From NCBI GenBank assembly GCA_043228905.1, contig JBHGNT010000018.1:10478001-10542000 (forward strand): a DNA stretch of 64,000 nucleotides. Direction: 5' to 3'. Below are positions 22,897-37,346 of the stretch, piece by piece. This stretch comes from Azolla caroliniana. Taxonomy: Eukaryota > Plantae > Polypodiophyta. Made by a program: the position numbers and the translations under genes. The number at the start of each line of letters is the position of its first letter. Within the stretch, counting starts at the first letter, position 1. Under the pieces are notes generated by a model. The model had not been told where the DNA came from, did not search any database, and saw only the letters and a list, made by a program, of their open reading frames with translations.

Positions 22897-25800
22897 AGAA
22901 TATATGCGCGTCCTTTCTGAGCTCGACATGCTCACAAATAAATTTGTGGCACTAGAGCAAGAAAATCAAAGACTACTTGGGGACCTACAACATGTGAGTA
23001 CCGAGAAAGCGCAACAATATGAAGAGTTGTCACAACGGGTTCGCCAACTCATTACGAGAACAAGTGTCGGGGGTTCAAAACTACCCCAAAGAACCGAAGA
23101 TTAGCCTCCCTACTAAGTTTGATGGAACAAGGTCTCTATTTCGAGGCTTTTTGAATCAAGTATGTTTGGTCATTCAACTACATCCTAATCAATATCCAAC
23201 AGAAGCTGCTCGTGTGGGATTAGTAGGAACCTTGCTAAGTGGTACGGCATTAGCATGGTTTGCTCCACTCCTCGAGAAGAAGTCAACATTGTTGGAGGAT
23301 TTTGAGGCGTTTGTTAAGGAGTTTCAAGCTAGCTTCAGAGATACTGGCAGCACTAGGACCGCAATAAACAAGATTCGAAGGCTCCGACAAGTAGATCGTC
23401 CCGCGTCGTCTTACGCAGCCGATTTCCGTCTCTTGGCCTGCGATATCCCTTGGGATGAGGCGGCTCTAATGGATCAATTTCGTCAAGGTCTACGTAATGA
23501 TGTCAAAGATCTTCTTCTTACCTTTCATGAAGATCCGAAATCTCTTACAGAGGCAATTAGTCAAGTTGTGCGTTGTGATAATCGCCTCTTTGAGCGGTGC
23601 TCGGAGCGCCAACAAATGTTGCGCCGTCAACCGGATCAAACGTACGCTTCTATAGTCGCAACGCCTCCACCAGTCTCAAGACCCATTACGAGGGATGGCC
23701 CAACTCCAATGGAAATAGAGTCAACACAACGTTGGGGGCCCTTATCGGATGCTAAGAAGCAACGACGTCGAGCACACCACTTATGTCTATATTGTGGGGG
23801 TCCAGGACATATAGCCGTGAATTGTCCGCATAAGCCTAGACGTCAAGTATACCAAGTAAGTGCACAAGACAACCCTACTTCAAGTTCTGTTATTACTTCT
23901 AATAACATAATTAAGCCTAGTAGTCCATGCCATGAGAATAGATTCGAGGTCTTGAGCCAATTAGAGGATGTGTTAAACGAGTAAGTCCGGTCAAAATAGG
24001 AGTCATTTGGTTGGACAACCCTAGATATTTAGAGTTAGTTCCTAGTCGTGGTTCCATTTCATCAAATCAAGTTAGTCAAGTTTTCTCTACACAAGTTGAG
24101 CTTAGCACAACTACATGTCATTGAGTCCTAGCCTCTGCCCTATTAGATTCTAGAGCCAACTCTTGTTTCATGGATCGTGAGTTTGCATTGACACAAAACA
24201 TCCTCTTGAATAGCCTCCCGAACCCAGTATCCGTAGAAGTCATCGATGGCCGTCCTATAACATCAGGTGATATAATCGAAGAGTCTGAGCCAATTCGTGT
24301 AGTTCTTGGTGATTTGGCAAGTATAATCTCTTTCAACATTATTCGTAGTCCAGAACACCCATTAGTTCTAGGTCTCCCTTGGTTTGAACTACATAACCCA
24401 AAGATTGATTGGATGAAAAGAACAATTGAGGAATCCCAAGAAAAAAGAACTACACTCGCATCCCTCAACACTCCAAAATTTGATATTGGGTCCCATAAGT
24501 TATCAACCATCTCTCTCCATCAGTTACGTGAGGAAGGGGGGAACGAGGACATGTTCGTTTTTGCAATCGTAACAACTCCATCAAGCCCATCACCCATCTT
24601 ACCGGAGCCGGATGTCCAATTACCAAAAAAATACAAAGAGTTTTCAGACGTCTTTGATAAGGTGAAGGCAAATACATTGCCAGAGCATAGGCCATACGAC
24701 TGCCCTATTGACTTACAGCAAGGGAAAGAACCGCCATGGGGGCCAATTTATAATCTCTCTCCTGTCGAGCTAGAGACTTTGCGAGAATATATCGAGGAGA
24801 ATCTTGCAAACGGATTCATCCGGCATTCTAGATCCCCTAGTGGTGCACCTATCTTCTTTGTTAAGAAGAAAAATGGGTCTCTTCGGTTGGTCGTGGATTA
24901 TCGAGAGCTGAACAAAGTGACTATCCGGAATAGATATGCTCTACCCTTGATCCCAAACCTTTTGGAACGTCTCAGTGGAGCAAAATATTTCACAAAATTG
25001 GACCTTCGCGGTGCATACAATTTAGTTCGGATTCGCCCAGGGGACGAATGGAAAACTGCTTTTCGTACTCGTTATGGACATTTCGAGTATACCGTGATGC
25101 CATTCGGTCTCACAAATGAGCCTGCAGTGTTCTAGCATATGGCAAATGATATTTTTCGAGATTTTCTCGATATTTTCACTATAGTTTATCTGGATGACAT
25201 TTTGATCTACTCGAAGACTGAAGAGGAGCATGATAAACATGTTCGTCAGATATTACGTCGACTACGAGAATATGGTCTCTACGCAAAATTAGAAAAGTGT
25301 AGTTTCAACCAGAATCAAGTGGAGTTTTTGGGGTATGTTTATCATCAACTGGTATCTCTATGGACCCAATGAAGGTTCAAACAATTTTAGATTGGCAAAC
25401 ACCCCTTTCCATGCGTGATGTACAATGTTTTCTTGGGTTTGCAATTTTTTATCGGAAATTCATTAAAAATTATTCCAAGGTCGTGCTTCCGCTCACCCAA
25501 CTCACACAAAAAAATCAACCATTCATATGGAATTCAGAGGCGACCGAGGCGTTCGAAAGTTTTAAACGAGCATTTACAACAGCGCCTATTTTGGCTCATG
25601 TTGATCCCAAGAAACGCTTCATCCTTGAAGTTGATGCATCCGACTTTGCATTAGGAAGTGTTCTATCACAAACTGGAGATGACGGGCAGCTACATCCTAT
25701 TGCTTTTCATTCCCGAAAATTCGAAGCTGCAGAGATTAACTACGAGATCCATGACAAAGAGCTTCTGGCAATTGTGAATTCTTTTCAACAATGGCGACAT

Positions 25801-27071
25801 TTTCTGGAAGGTTCTTCTCAGCAGATAATTGTCTACAATGATCATAAGAACTTAACATATTTCCAAAATGCTCGAGTCTTAAGTCGGCGACAAGCCCGTT
25901 GGGCGCAATTTTTGACTCACTTCGACTTTGTAATCATATATCGCCCAGGGATGCAGCAAGGAAAAGCATATGCTCTTTCTCGACGCTCTTATATGGAACT
26001 TTGTCCAGGAGAACCAGCTTTTGAGCATCAAAAACAAATCCTTTTGGGCCCAAATCGCCTACGAGTTATGGCAGTCAATTCCATAACCACACCTAGGGAT
26101 TCCACTCTTCTTGATTCCATTCGAGATCATACGGATACTGATGTGTTCGCGAAAGAAGTTTTAGATCATATCATCCCGGATCGTGCTTCATGCTCGAAGT
26201 CGCAAAACCCTCGTGCTGACTATAGGCAGTTCTATTGGCATGGTGGTTTTCTGTTTCGACAAAACCTTCTGTATGTACCTGATGGTCCGCCACGTTTGCA
26301 AGTCTTACAACATTGTCATGACACTCCAATGGCTGGACATTTTGGAGTAGCCAAAACTCTAGAATTAGTTTCTCGGCGATATTGGTGGCCTCGACTTCGT
26401 CATTTTGTGGAGTATGTCAGAAGTTGTGATACATGTTGTCGATCAAAGAGTCCTCGACACCAATCATATGGGTTACTCCAACCACTTCCAATTCCTGAAA
26501 ATCCGTGGAAGTCTATATCCTTGGATTTCATCACCGATCTCCCAGTTTCGAGGGGTTTTGATACCATTCTGACCGTGGTCAATCGACTTACAAAAATGGC
26601 ACATTTTTTTCCATGTACAAAGTCTATTACGAGTCAAGAGACATTCGATCTAGTTATGCGGGAGGTATTCAAGCATCATGGTCTCTCAGACGATATTATC
26701 AGTGATCGAGGTCCACAATTCATCTCAAAGTTTTGGAAGCACATGTTAAAACTTCTCCGAGTTTTGGCTAAGCTTTCTTCGGGCTATCATCCAGAGACTA
26801 ATGGCCAAACCGAGCGTACCAACCAGACTTTGGAGCACTATCTTCGTTGTTTCATCAACTATCAACAGGATGATTGGGTTGATTTTCTACACTTGGCTGA
26901 ATTCGCTTATAACAACTCAGTCCACTCGTCTACAGGATATTCTCCATTTTTCGCAAATACTGGTTCTCATCCTCGTTGGACAATGACTGAACACCCCGAA
27001 GTTCCTCTCAGTCGTCTCAGTCGTCTCCAAGAAGTTCACGCTACCATTCTCCACAATTTGCGTGATGCCCA
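22897..27071 (+). pseudogene. gag and pol (PR-RT-RH-INT) of element F, disrupted
   Basis: PKISLPTKFDG; GPTPMEI; CLYCGGPGHIAVNC; LLDSRA; [13 protein letters not shown]; YLDD; DASDFALG; ISLDFITDLP; SDRG. Confidence 0.9.
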
Positions 27072-30000
27072 TGTCGAATACAAGTGTATAATGGACGTAT
27101 TCACACTATCCCTTTGTATAGCTCAAGTTTGGGCCATTTGTGTAATTAGCATAAATGGTAGTTGCCCTAAGTTTGTCACTATATAAAGTGACCTAGTAAC
27201 CTTTTTGTAAGGTTGGTTGTATTATTGTTTCTATTGAATAGAAAGAGTCTTTTGTGCCTCCTCTCTCTCTCTCTCTCTATCTCTGTGCACGATCTCAGAA
27301 ACTGTCATACGCAGGTACTCAACCCCAATCGAATGCTACTTGATCTTCCGCATCGACACGGCCTTGTCTACAACATCTGGTATCAGAGCCTGCACAGTAT
27401 TCGGTCCTTCAACCCGCTGTCGGCCGTCGTCTCAGCCTGCACAGCATTCGGTTTCTTGCGTCATTCGAAGAAGAGAGAAGAAGAAGAAAAACGAGGCTTG
27501 CATCTCATCGCGTTAGATCATCTTCGCTTGGAGTAAGCCAGCCGGTTGTACTCTGTTCCTTGTGATCGTAACCGCTCGAGGTGAAATCCCCTTGTGCAAC
27601 ATTGACACGATCGTGCTCCACTCGGTTAAACGGCATCCGAAGAGGTCATCAAACGCTGCTCGCCGCTCATTGTAACCACTCGGTGCAGATCGGTCTCAAG
27701 ACAACAACCCAAATTCGTGCTTCATCCGGCTGATCGACATTCGGGAGGATCAGTTGGATCCGTCTCTCTCGTCGCTGCAGTCACCCGAAGCAGAATCGGT
27801 CCAGACAATCGGTTTCAATAATCGGTAGTTGGCATATATATTCGGAAGCGAACCGGGCTCACTCCGACTCGGCAACATTCGGGAAGACCAGTCGGTTCTG
27901 TCCCTCAAGTTACCGGAGTCAATTCGAGCAAGTTCAACAATACATATATCCGAAGCCGAACCGACTCGGGTTCAAATCTGACTAGAACGATATCGGGTGA
28001 GCCAACCGGCTGCACTCCAACAAGGTTCGTAGTCAACTCCGAACCGAGCTTCGTCAACCGAAACCAAATTTGATGGCATCAACATCCGGCTCGTCAGAAA
28101 TGAGTCTACGAAAGTTCGATGGATCGAACTTCAACTTCTGGAAGGAGCAAATGCAGGACTATCTCATAGTCAAGGGGCAAATCGATCCCATCGAAAATGA
28201 AGAACCTCCAGAAGGATACAAACCAATTGAGTGGTAGAAGCTGGACAGAATCGTCCGCGCCACGATTCGGATGTACCTATCGGAATCGGTATACTTTACG
28301 GTGCAATCGTGTACGACAGCTTTCGAACTGTGGAAAACACTGTCGGACACTTACGAAAAGAAGGTCGCTGCAACAAAGATGTTTCTGATCCGGCGCCTCT
28401 ACAACTTGCGGATGAAACAATCAGACTCGGTTCAAGCACATCTCAATGAGTACGAAAGCATAAGCTCCCAAATCTCATCTCAGGGGACGGCAATCGAGGA
28501 TGAACTCAGAGCAATGATACTCATGAGCAGCCTTCCCTCATCATGGGAAACTTTCGTCACAACCGTGTGCAACGCGTCAACCACGGCTGTTAAATACTCC
28601 GAAGTCACGAGCGCAATCCTGACCGAAGCAGCTCGGAGAAAGTCTTTCGCCAAAGACTCAACAGACGACGCTTATGTAGTACAAGGTTCGACAGACCGAT
28701 CGAACATACGAGGAAGAGATTCCTCACGGCAGCCGAACAATCAGCGAAGACGGAGCCAGTCACGGGATAATCGAATCTGCAACTATTGCAAGAAACCCGG
28801 ACACATCAAAGCCGACTGCCGCGCACTCAAGAACAAGAACGACAAGTCTCAGAAATCAGACAAGAAGAGTGGCCGGCATGAGGAGATCAATTACGTCAGC
28901 TTCTCAGCTGATGTGCTACCAAACGACCCGAATATACTATCAATCGAAAATCCAGTCGGATCAGAAGTTCTGCTCACGACTGAAGAATCGAGCACATGGC
29001 TCTTAGATTCGGGCGCGTCATTTCACGTGACTCCTCATCGATCCCAATTTCGGCAATATACGATCCGTCACTCCGACTCAGTTCAAGTCGGCAACTCGCA
29101 ACACTGTGACATCATTGGAATCGGCACAGTAGAGCTCAACCTTGCAGGTGGCTCTACACTTGTACTTCACAATGTCCGACATGTACCCGAGCTCTCAAGG
29201 CCATTGATCTCAGTCGGACAACTAGACGAAGACGGCATTCGTGCCGGTTTTTCTTCGGGAGGGTGGACACTCCACAGGGGGAACCTCCTGCTTGCTAGAG
29301 GACCCAAGATACACTCACTGTATCCGTTACATGTTACGCTCAGAGAGGGTAACCTGTTTTTGGTGGATATTCCTGTGTCATCACTATGGCACAGAAGATT
29401 AGGACACCTCAGCAAGGCCGGCATTACGCACCTATCTAGAGCCGGATACATCCCTAAACTCTCCTTCTCGGATCATCAATTCTGCGAACATTGCCAGTAT
29501 GGCAAACAAGCAGCCGCATCACACCCGACATCAGCACCAAGAGAAACGAGACCTCTCGATTTAGTCCACTCGGACGTCTGTGGCCCAATGCCACATCAGT
29601 CTCTCGGCGGTGCCTCTTACTTCGTCAGTTTTATTGACGATTCGACTCGAAAGGTGTGGGCTTATCCAATTCGCACCAAAGATCGTGTCTTCTCGATCTT
29701 CTCCGATTGGCTCGCTATGGTAGAAAATCAAACTGACCGAAAACTGAAATGCTTTCGGACCGACAATGGGGGAGAGTTCAAATCAGAAGAATTCGTCAAA
29801 TTCTGCCGACAACGCGGCATCCGACGTGAATTTACGGCACCACACAGTCCGGAGCAAAACGGGATTGCAGAACGCATGAATCGGACAATCCAAGAACGGA
29901 TAGTTTCCATGCTCCAACACTCCGGACTGTCGGATGGCTTCTGGGCAGAGGCTCTACTCACGGCAGTACACATAATCTATATGTCGCCAAGCAGACCTCT

Positions 30001-32601
30001 AGGACTTCAAATTCCTCAGGAACTATGGATCGGCAGTAAGCCGAATTACGACAAGCTGAGGATCTTCGGATGCGAGGCGTACGCCCTTATTCCGAAAGAT
30101 GATCGCCGAAAACTTGCACCTCGGTCCAGGAAATGCATTTTCCTTGGATATGGATCAGACGGCGAAATGGGATACCGACTCTGGGACCCCGAACGCAGAC
30201 AAATCGTTCGAAGTTCGGACGTTGTGTTCAACGAGTCGGCTATGAATCCATCAGTCAAAACACCGATCGAAGTCCGAAGGGTAACATTTTCCGATGTGCC
30301 GACCCTTCAAGAAGGCCCCGCTCTTAACACACGGTCAGCTTCACGGGTAGCTGAACCTTCCACTACCGACTCGGACAACTCTGACTCGGCACAGCAGAAT
30401 AATCCGCTTTCGGACCATCCGACCTCGATACCCGATACGACCAGTCCAATCATACCTCGACGATCTGAGAGACTGTCGCAACCTCCGGAGAGGTATTCTC
30501 CTGGAATTTTCTTCACCGACGCCGGCGAACCGACGTCTTACGAAGAAGCATCGACATCTGTCGATTCAGCCACCTGGCATCTGGCGATGGAGTCGGAAAT
30601 GCACTCCATTCGGGCAAACAAGACTTGGGATCTGGTCGAATTACCTAAGAATCGACGTGCTCTTCCTTGCAAGTGGGTTTATCGACTAAAAGAGACGTCT
30701 GATTCGACCACCCCAAAGTACAAGGCCAGATTAGTTGCGAAGGGCTTCCGACAAGAATATGGCGTCGACTTCGACGAGATTTTTTCACCAGTGGTGAAAA
30801 TGACAACCCTTCGTTTTCTACTCGGCGTAGTGGCAGCCGACAACTTGGAGCTGATTCAGCTAGATGTCAAAACAGCCTTCCTCCATGGTGATCTTGAAGA
30901 GGAAATTTATATGGAGCAGCCAAAAGGCTTCGTGGCAACTGGCCAAGAACATCTAGTCTGCCGACTCAGGAAGAGTCTATACGGCCTCAAACAGGCACCG
31001 CGACAATGGTACAAGAAGTTCGACGACTTCATCCAATCAATCGGCTTCTCAAAAAGCGATGAGAACCATTGTCTTTTCACCAACACAGCTCAAGATGGAT
31101 CACCCATCTTCCTCATCATTTACGTGGACGACATGCTAATTTCTGGACGCCACGCGGGCGAACTTGCCGATCTCATTCGGCAATTGCGGTTGAAGTTTGC
31201 CATGAAGGACCTCGGTCCGGCACGACACATACTTGGCATGAAGATTAGTCGGCATCGCGATAAACGACATCTTTTTTTGTCTCAGACCGACTATATCGGA
31301 CGTGTCTTGGAACGCTTCAACATGCAATCAGCCAAATCTGCTTCAACCCCGCTCCCCATGAATCTTCGGCTCTCTCAGCGAGACTGCCCGACATCCGGTC
31401 CGGAGGGGGAAGATATGAAGTCGGTACCGTATGCACCGGCAGTCGGCTCCCTTATGTACCTGATGGTCGCGACACGGCCTGATATCTCTCATGCCGTAGG
31501 AGTCGTTAGCAGATTTATGCACAATCCTGGTCGATCGCATTGGAACGCATTCAAGCATGTGTTCAAATATCTGGCTGGCACAAAAGACCACGGCATTCTT
31601 TTCGGTCCGAACTCGACCTCGGGCGTTGTCGGTTACACCGACTCGGACTTCGCCGGCTGTATAGACAGTCGGAAATCAACAACTGGATACTGCTTCAAAT
31701 TCGGCAATGGAGCAATTTCGTGGAAGTCGAAACTTCAGGAGTGCACAGCGACCTCAACGACCGAAGCAGAATATGTAGCTGCGTCCGACGCTGCAAAAGA
31801 AGCTTTGTGGCTCGGCCGGCTGGCGCACACGTTTCGACAAGTCGACCATGACTCGGCCCCAGTTGTCTATAGCGACAGTCAAGGTGTTGTTGCCTTGTTG
31901 AAAAATCCGGTTCACCACAACGCCTCCAAACATATCGACGTTCGATATCACTTCGTTCGGGACTGCGTCATTTCAGGGAAAATCGGTCTAGAGAAAATAT
32001 CCACAACCGACAATGTCGCAGATGGAATGACCAAGTGTCTCTCGGCAGATCGCTTTCGGTCCCTTCGGCATCAGATGGGCGTAACGACAAACCAGTCCGG
32101 TTAGAGCCGGACACAGCGCAGGATGGTTTCAGACAACCGACATCAGTTCCTTAATGATCGGCTTCAACTCTTCCGACCCGACCAGTCCGGTCTTCTGCCT
32201 TCGGACCCTGCCGACTCGAACAAAACTTATATGTCCGAGAACCTAGGTTTATACCTGTAATCTTAGATAACCCATGTATACGCCCATTACGGGGGAGTGT
32301 CGAATACAAGTGTATAATGGACATATTCACACTATCCCTTTGTATAGCTCAAGTTTGGGCCATTTGTGTAATTAGCATAAATGGTAGTTGCCCTAAGTTT
32401 GTCACTATATAAAGTGACCTAGTAACCTTTTTGTAAGGTTGGTTGTATTATTGTTTCTATTGAATAGAAAGAGTCTTTTGTGCCTCCTCTCTCTCTCTCT
32501 CTCTATCTCTGTGCACGATCTCAGAAACTGTCATACGCAGGTACTCAACCCCAATCGAATGCTACTTGATCTTCCGCATCGACACGGCCTTGTCTACAAC
32601 A
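27072..32601 (+). mobile_element. Ty1/Copia element G, full length and young
   Basis: 304-bp LTRs at 27072-27375 and 32298-32601 with one visible mismatch; TSD GCCCA; PBS TGGTATCAGAGCC; PPT GGGGGAG. Confidence 0.97.
28073..32104 (+). pseudogene. Copia G gag-pol polyprotein, with a single in-frame TAG at 28235 (1277-aa ORF downstream)
   Basis: ATG 28073 (MASTSGSSEMSLRKFDGSNFNFWKEQM) is in frame with the 28271 ORF; CNYCKKPGHIKADC, LDSGAS, HSDVCGP, RTDNGGEF, YVDD, KHIDVRYH. Confidence 0.93.
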
Positions 32602-33110
32602 GCCCAAAGTACATACAAGAGGATTGTGGACCGTCATCGCCTAGACTCCTCAGAAATGTTTCAGGTCGGGGATTGTGTATGGCTTCTACAACACAACATC
32701 AAGACCACTCGGCCTTGTGGTAAATTAGATTACCAACGGTTCGGCCCATACGAGATCACTGGTAAGATAAGCAATGTTGCATTTCTTCTTCGCCTCCCTC
32801 CTCACATGCATCTTCACCCCGTGTTTCATGTCTCCCTTCTCGAACCTTACATCACAAGTTCGATTCTGTGCCGTCTTACAACTCCCCCGTCACCAATAGA
32901 GTTTTTGGAAGGACTGGAATTTGAGGTTGCGGCCATTCTCGATTCCAAGATTGTGTGCAACAAGTTGTATTACTTGGTCAATTGGTTCTAGGCTATACAC
33001 CCAATGATCGAACTTGGGAACCTGCTGAAAATCTTGTCAATGTTGCGGACATTGTCACCAAATTTCATCCACAATATCCTCATAAGCCCGGTCCTAGTTC
33101 AACCCATGCG
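32602..33110 (+). pseudogene. Element F integrase C-terminus (GPY/F) and chromodomain
   Basis: KLDYQRFGPY..HPVFHVSLLEPY; FEVAAILDSK..YYLVNW / GY...TWEPAENL (frameshifted). Confidence 0.88.
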
Positions 33111-33535
33111 ACCCGTGATACAAGTCGTCGAAGAAGGGGGATAGTGTCATGATGACACTTACATGCAATTTGGGCTTACAAGGAATCGAACCCACAACCT
33201 TGTTATATTCACATCGAGTTCTTGACCATTGTAATGATATATTTATTTGTAAAAGAATTGATAAACTATATGAAATACTATAGAGTAATCTAGAGTACTC
33301 TATGTTCTAGAATGTTCGAGAATATTCTAGAGTGCTCTTTTGTCTAGGAAATTCTAGAATATTCTAGCATGGTCTTTATTCTAGGACTTTCTAGAATATC
33401 CTATTAAAACTTATAAATATGCATATTACCATAAGGGATGAACCAATTTGGTTCAACGCCATTCTAGAGCTCCCTTGTTTACTCGTTGTATTCCACTCTT
33501 CTATTGCAATACATTATCTTTACAATACTCTCTCT

Positions 33536-33571
<36 letters not shown>

Positions 33572-35759
33572 ACAGGTACAATCAGAGACTCGTAGGCAAC
33601 GACCTCAACCTCAATTTCTTCACCAACAGGCCGTTACAACAGAGTATCGCTCTGTATCTCTCTCTCTCCCTGTCTGTCGCTCTCTTCTGTACAACAATTA
33701 CAACAACTATACTTCACACGCTCCAAAGTGATTGCCCTAAGTCATATTTATACTTATATGAACTTAGGGCTATTTACAAATATAGCCTCAATAGGCTTAC
33801 TCAAAACATATTTACAGATCTGTCTTCTCTTCCAGTTCTCACCAGCTCTCCTCCGGTTTCCGGATCTCTTCTGGTTCTCACTGGGCTCTCTTTATTCATC
33901 ACCAGATCCCATCCGAAGAGACTGATTTCCCAACAAAAAACTCCCTTCTAGATGTGACATGGAAGGATGCCCCAAGTGCTATCAACAATCCAACTAGTTT
34001 CATTGTAAACAAGATTAATTAGGTTTTCATCATAAACAACGAGAAAATCATCTGAAGAAGTTTGAACATGATTAGCGTTATCATCATTACCTTTCTTTTT
34101 ATGCTTACTACTAGATCATGTATGGTTCTCCTTTTTCCACCTCAAGCAATACCGTTTTGTATGTCATGTTTTGCCACAAATGGCATTCGAAATCTTTATA
34201 CTTGGGCTTTGATTTACTCCTACTCCTTCCTTCCTCTGTTTTTAACAATCAAGAGCTCTAATGTGATGATATCTCGTGTATCCCTCATCGCATCTCTTCA
34301 TTTGGAACACCATCTCTTCATATATTTTGTGGTCAGGTCACAATTCAATTCAGGATTGCATTAGTTAAAGATACCTTAAAAGTTTCCCATGAGTTAGGAA
34401 GGGTGTTTAGCAACCAAAGAGCAAGCATTTCATCATCTAATTTTACTCACATACCAAAAAGTTCATCAAAACATCCTTGAAATTCATTTAAATGATCAAA
34501 GACAGAATTATCCTCTTTATAAGGTAAATGTATTACTTGTTTAAGCACAAACAACTTATTATTACATATCTTAGATGCATATAAAATTTCAAGTTTGTTC
34601 CATAAAGCTTTGCCATTAGGTTCATTCGCAATACAGTTTAACACATTATCTCCTACCCACTCTCAAATAAAACCATATACTTGTTGTTGATTCTCGAAAG
34701 ACCATTTCTTGATAGTTTTACTCTCAAGTTTTGTCATTGCGGAAATAGTAATTGTAGATTTTTAACGAAAAGTTTTATCTTACCTTTTCATTTTTGGTAG
34801 TTTGCACCATTCAACCAAACCATCGTGGAAAAATTCACCTCCATAAGAAAGTGCTAGAAACTAGCTCTGATACCACTTGATGTGATTCACGATAGCACTT
34901 TACCACTTATTATGAGAACAAGATTAACTTGTGCAAGTTATTCAAGAAAAGGAACAAAATTATGCATGATACACCACAAAAGTTTAACATGGAAAACCCT
35001 CAAGGGACAAAAAACCATGAGAATAAATCCAGAAACAATTCACTATCAATGTATAAAATTCATACACCAAAATTCTACTCTAAATATATTAGAGTACTAT
35101 GTAAAGAGGAAAGTAAAATTTCCTCTAATAACTTAAACCCAACTAACAAGACACAAAAGACCACCAAAGACTCACAACATGTGGCTAGTGCCAAAGGCAA
35201 TGTCCAAAAATGTAGATTTTTAATCAATTTATTTAGAAGCGTTGATGGAGAAGGCTAAGAAGAAGAGTATGCACTTTCCAAAATTCGGGTTCTACTCTCT
35301 AAAAATAATCTGTCCATTGTTTCCTCTTTTCCCACTTTTAGAAAGTATGGATATGTAAATCCATATAAGTGTGAGGTTTTTCACACTATTAAAAACAATA
35401 ACATTTGGGCATCCAAGGCCTATCCACACACCTAAATAGTGTGGCCAGAAATACTAACAGGCTAAGCATGGGCGCCACTACTTGGTGCATGTTAACCTTC
35501 ACATTCACTTAGTCTAAGCCTATGCTACCAATTGCATACATGGGTTTAGGGTTTAGCGAATGCTTCAAGTATTACATTTTAAATTTATTATTTATTTAAT
35601 TTCTTGTAAAACGTGTTCAAGGAACTAAGTAGAAAGGTTTATTGTTACTAAAATACTTGAAGCTATTGTTGTCTAGCTAAGGAGATCGCTTCCATGCTCA
35701 ACCCACGATTCTCTTTTTAGGTAGGGCTACACCTTGTTTTGCATGTTTACCTCATTACA

Positions 35760-36439
35760 TATTCCATTGTGTTAACCCCTTCCCTAAACTTACTCTTTGT
35801 AGCAGTATTCAAAAGAATACACATTCGATATCAATTCATTGCATTAGCATTAGGAGGCACCAACATTTTCCCTAATTTCTCTATTGCTGAAGGCAAAACT
35901 GGCCACATAGTGGAATGCTTACATTCTACCTCAACCCATATAGGACAATCTTGTTTCAATATATCTAAGTACTCCGTCAATGGTCTCCAAGGAACAACAT
36001 GAACCAAACTCCTAGCATAGAAAATTGGAAACCTAGCAAGTAATGTTTCTTTATTCTCACTTGAATTTAAAACCACCTCATAGAAACCACGTGGGCCAAC
36101 ATACACATCCTCTACACAATCCACTTGCAAGACACCACGTAGCCATTGTTTGACCCAATGAAGGGCATGTATTTTGCCAATAAAAAAAGTATCACTCCTC
36201 TCATAAAATGCTGAGAAAGATGACACGTACTCTTTTGTATCCACTTCAACCTTGAAAATATCTTCCTCATCAAACTTTGAAGCAATTTTAGTATTTCCTT
36301 TCATGCAATCCTCCATCAAAGCATTAGCCATGCACCTCAAATATTCCCATTGTGCATCATCGTTAATGTTAACATCATTACGCATAGCATCAGCATATGA
36401 CATGTTTACCTCGTCTTCCACACATTTGGGTCTTTTCAT
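35760..36439 (-). pseudogene. L1-type LINE ORF1 fragment (DUF4283-like)
   Basis: VGPRGFYEVVL...VVPW...CPIWVEV...IEKLGKML matches the pattern of plant L1 ORF1. Confidence 0.65.
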
Positions 36440-37346
36440 TAGTGCCCTTTACTCTTTGTATTCATCCATTAGTACCCTCTTTCATGTACATTGTATGCTA
36501 TTACATATTGTGATTACATAATCTAACATATTTCTATACCATATTGTAAGACAATAAACTAGGACAAGTCATTAAAGAGAAAAAGATGTTTAGCCACAAG
36601 AAAATGTCATCAATCCATTGATTCATCATGAATCTCTCTTGTATACACTTCAAAACCGTCAAACAGTTGGAGTGTACTCGCAACTAAAACGTTTTAAGGC
36701 ACCCTTATGGCTAAATCAGACATCACAGAAAGCAAATGCAAAAACCATGGTTCTTGCTGACAAAAGTCACCATAGAAGTTTTTGAACCAACAAAGATATG
36801 ACCAAATAATAAGATGATGAAAACGGTAACATTTTCCCCTTTGAATTTCCAAAAAGATAATTCCGAAATGCAACCAAGCATTTCAACGAGCCTTCCCTCT
36901 TCATAGACTACATAGTATAAATATATAAGAGGACATAACAGATGAGATGGTATCAGTACATATACAAGTTCAATGAAGAGAAATAAGAAGAATGGTTCGA
37001 TAGCAGTAATATAGCAGTATACCTATAACAGTAGTATCATTCAGCTTCAAAAGCCATTGAAATTATTGCTTCCACAAATTGGAATGCATATCCAGATGCA
37101 GGGTTTATTCCAGCACAATAAAACCACATCTTTTGTTTTCCAAGATCATCATGTAAAACATTGTCAATTTGTGAAGCAGAATGTGAAACATTTTACTGAC
37201 AAAAAACTTGAGAATGCTTTCCCAAAGAAATTGAATAGAACATATCCTTTATCATTTTAGTATACCTTCCAGACATTACCTAAAATGAATTATAAAAATC
37301 ACTTTTTGTCTTGAAATGTGCATTGCAAATGTAGCTAAATCTAGAT

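Larger units (their letters stand above)
22322..33574 (+). mobile_element. Chromoviral Ty3/Gypsy element F (Tcn1-like), complete but degenerate; hosts Copia G
   Basis: LTRs 22322-22782 and 33145-33574; TSD GGTAC; PPT AAGAAGGGGGATAG; RT YLDD; chromodomain remnant. Confidence 0.93.
17778..33935 (-). mobile_element. Ty1/Copia element E (Tnt1/Tork-like), degenerate; 5' LTR split by element F
   Basis: 3' LTR 17778-18364 and PPT GAAGGGGGAGAT; 5' LTR 22139-22321 plus 33575-33935; PBS TGGTATCAGAG; TSD AAAAA. Confidence 0.92.
17590..35459 (-). mobile_element. Old degenerate Copia H (LTR about 34878-35459, Met-i PBS, gag and protease remnants), split by element E
   Basis: CTCTGATACCA at 34865-34875; gag ALWNKLEILYASK..NNKLF. 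The protease reads across the E insertion (SWIVDS... at about 33990 and FFSSYTSGDFGVVKMGND at about 17730-17775). Confidence 0.8.

Noticed and set aside
27213-27536. Duplicated short ORF (also at 32439)
   Set aside because: Incidental frame within the two LTRs of element G.
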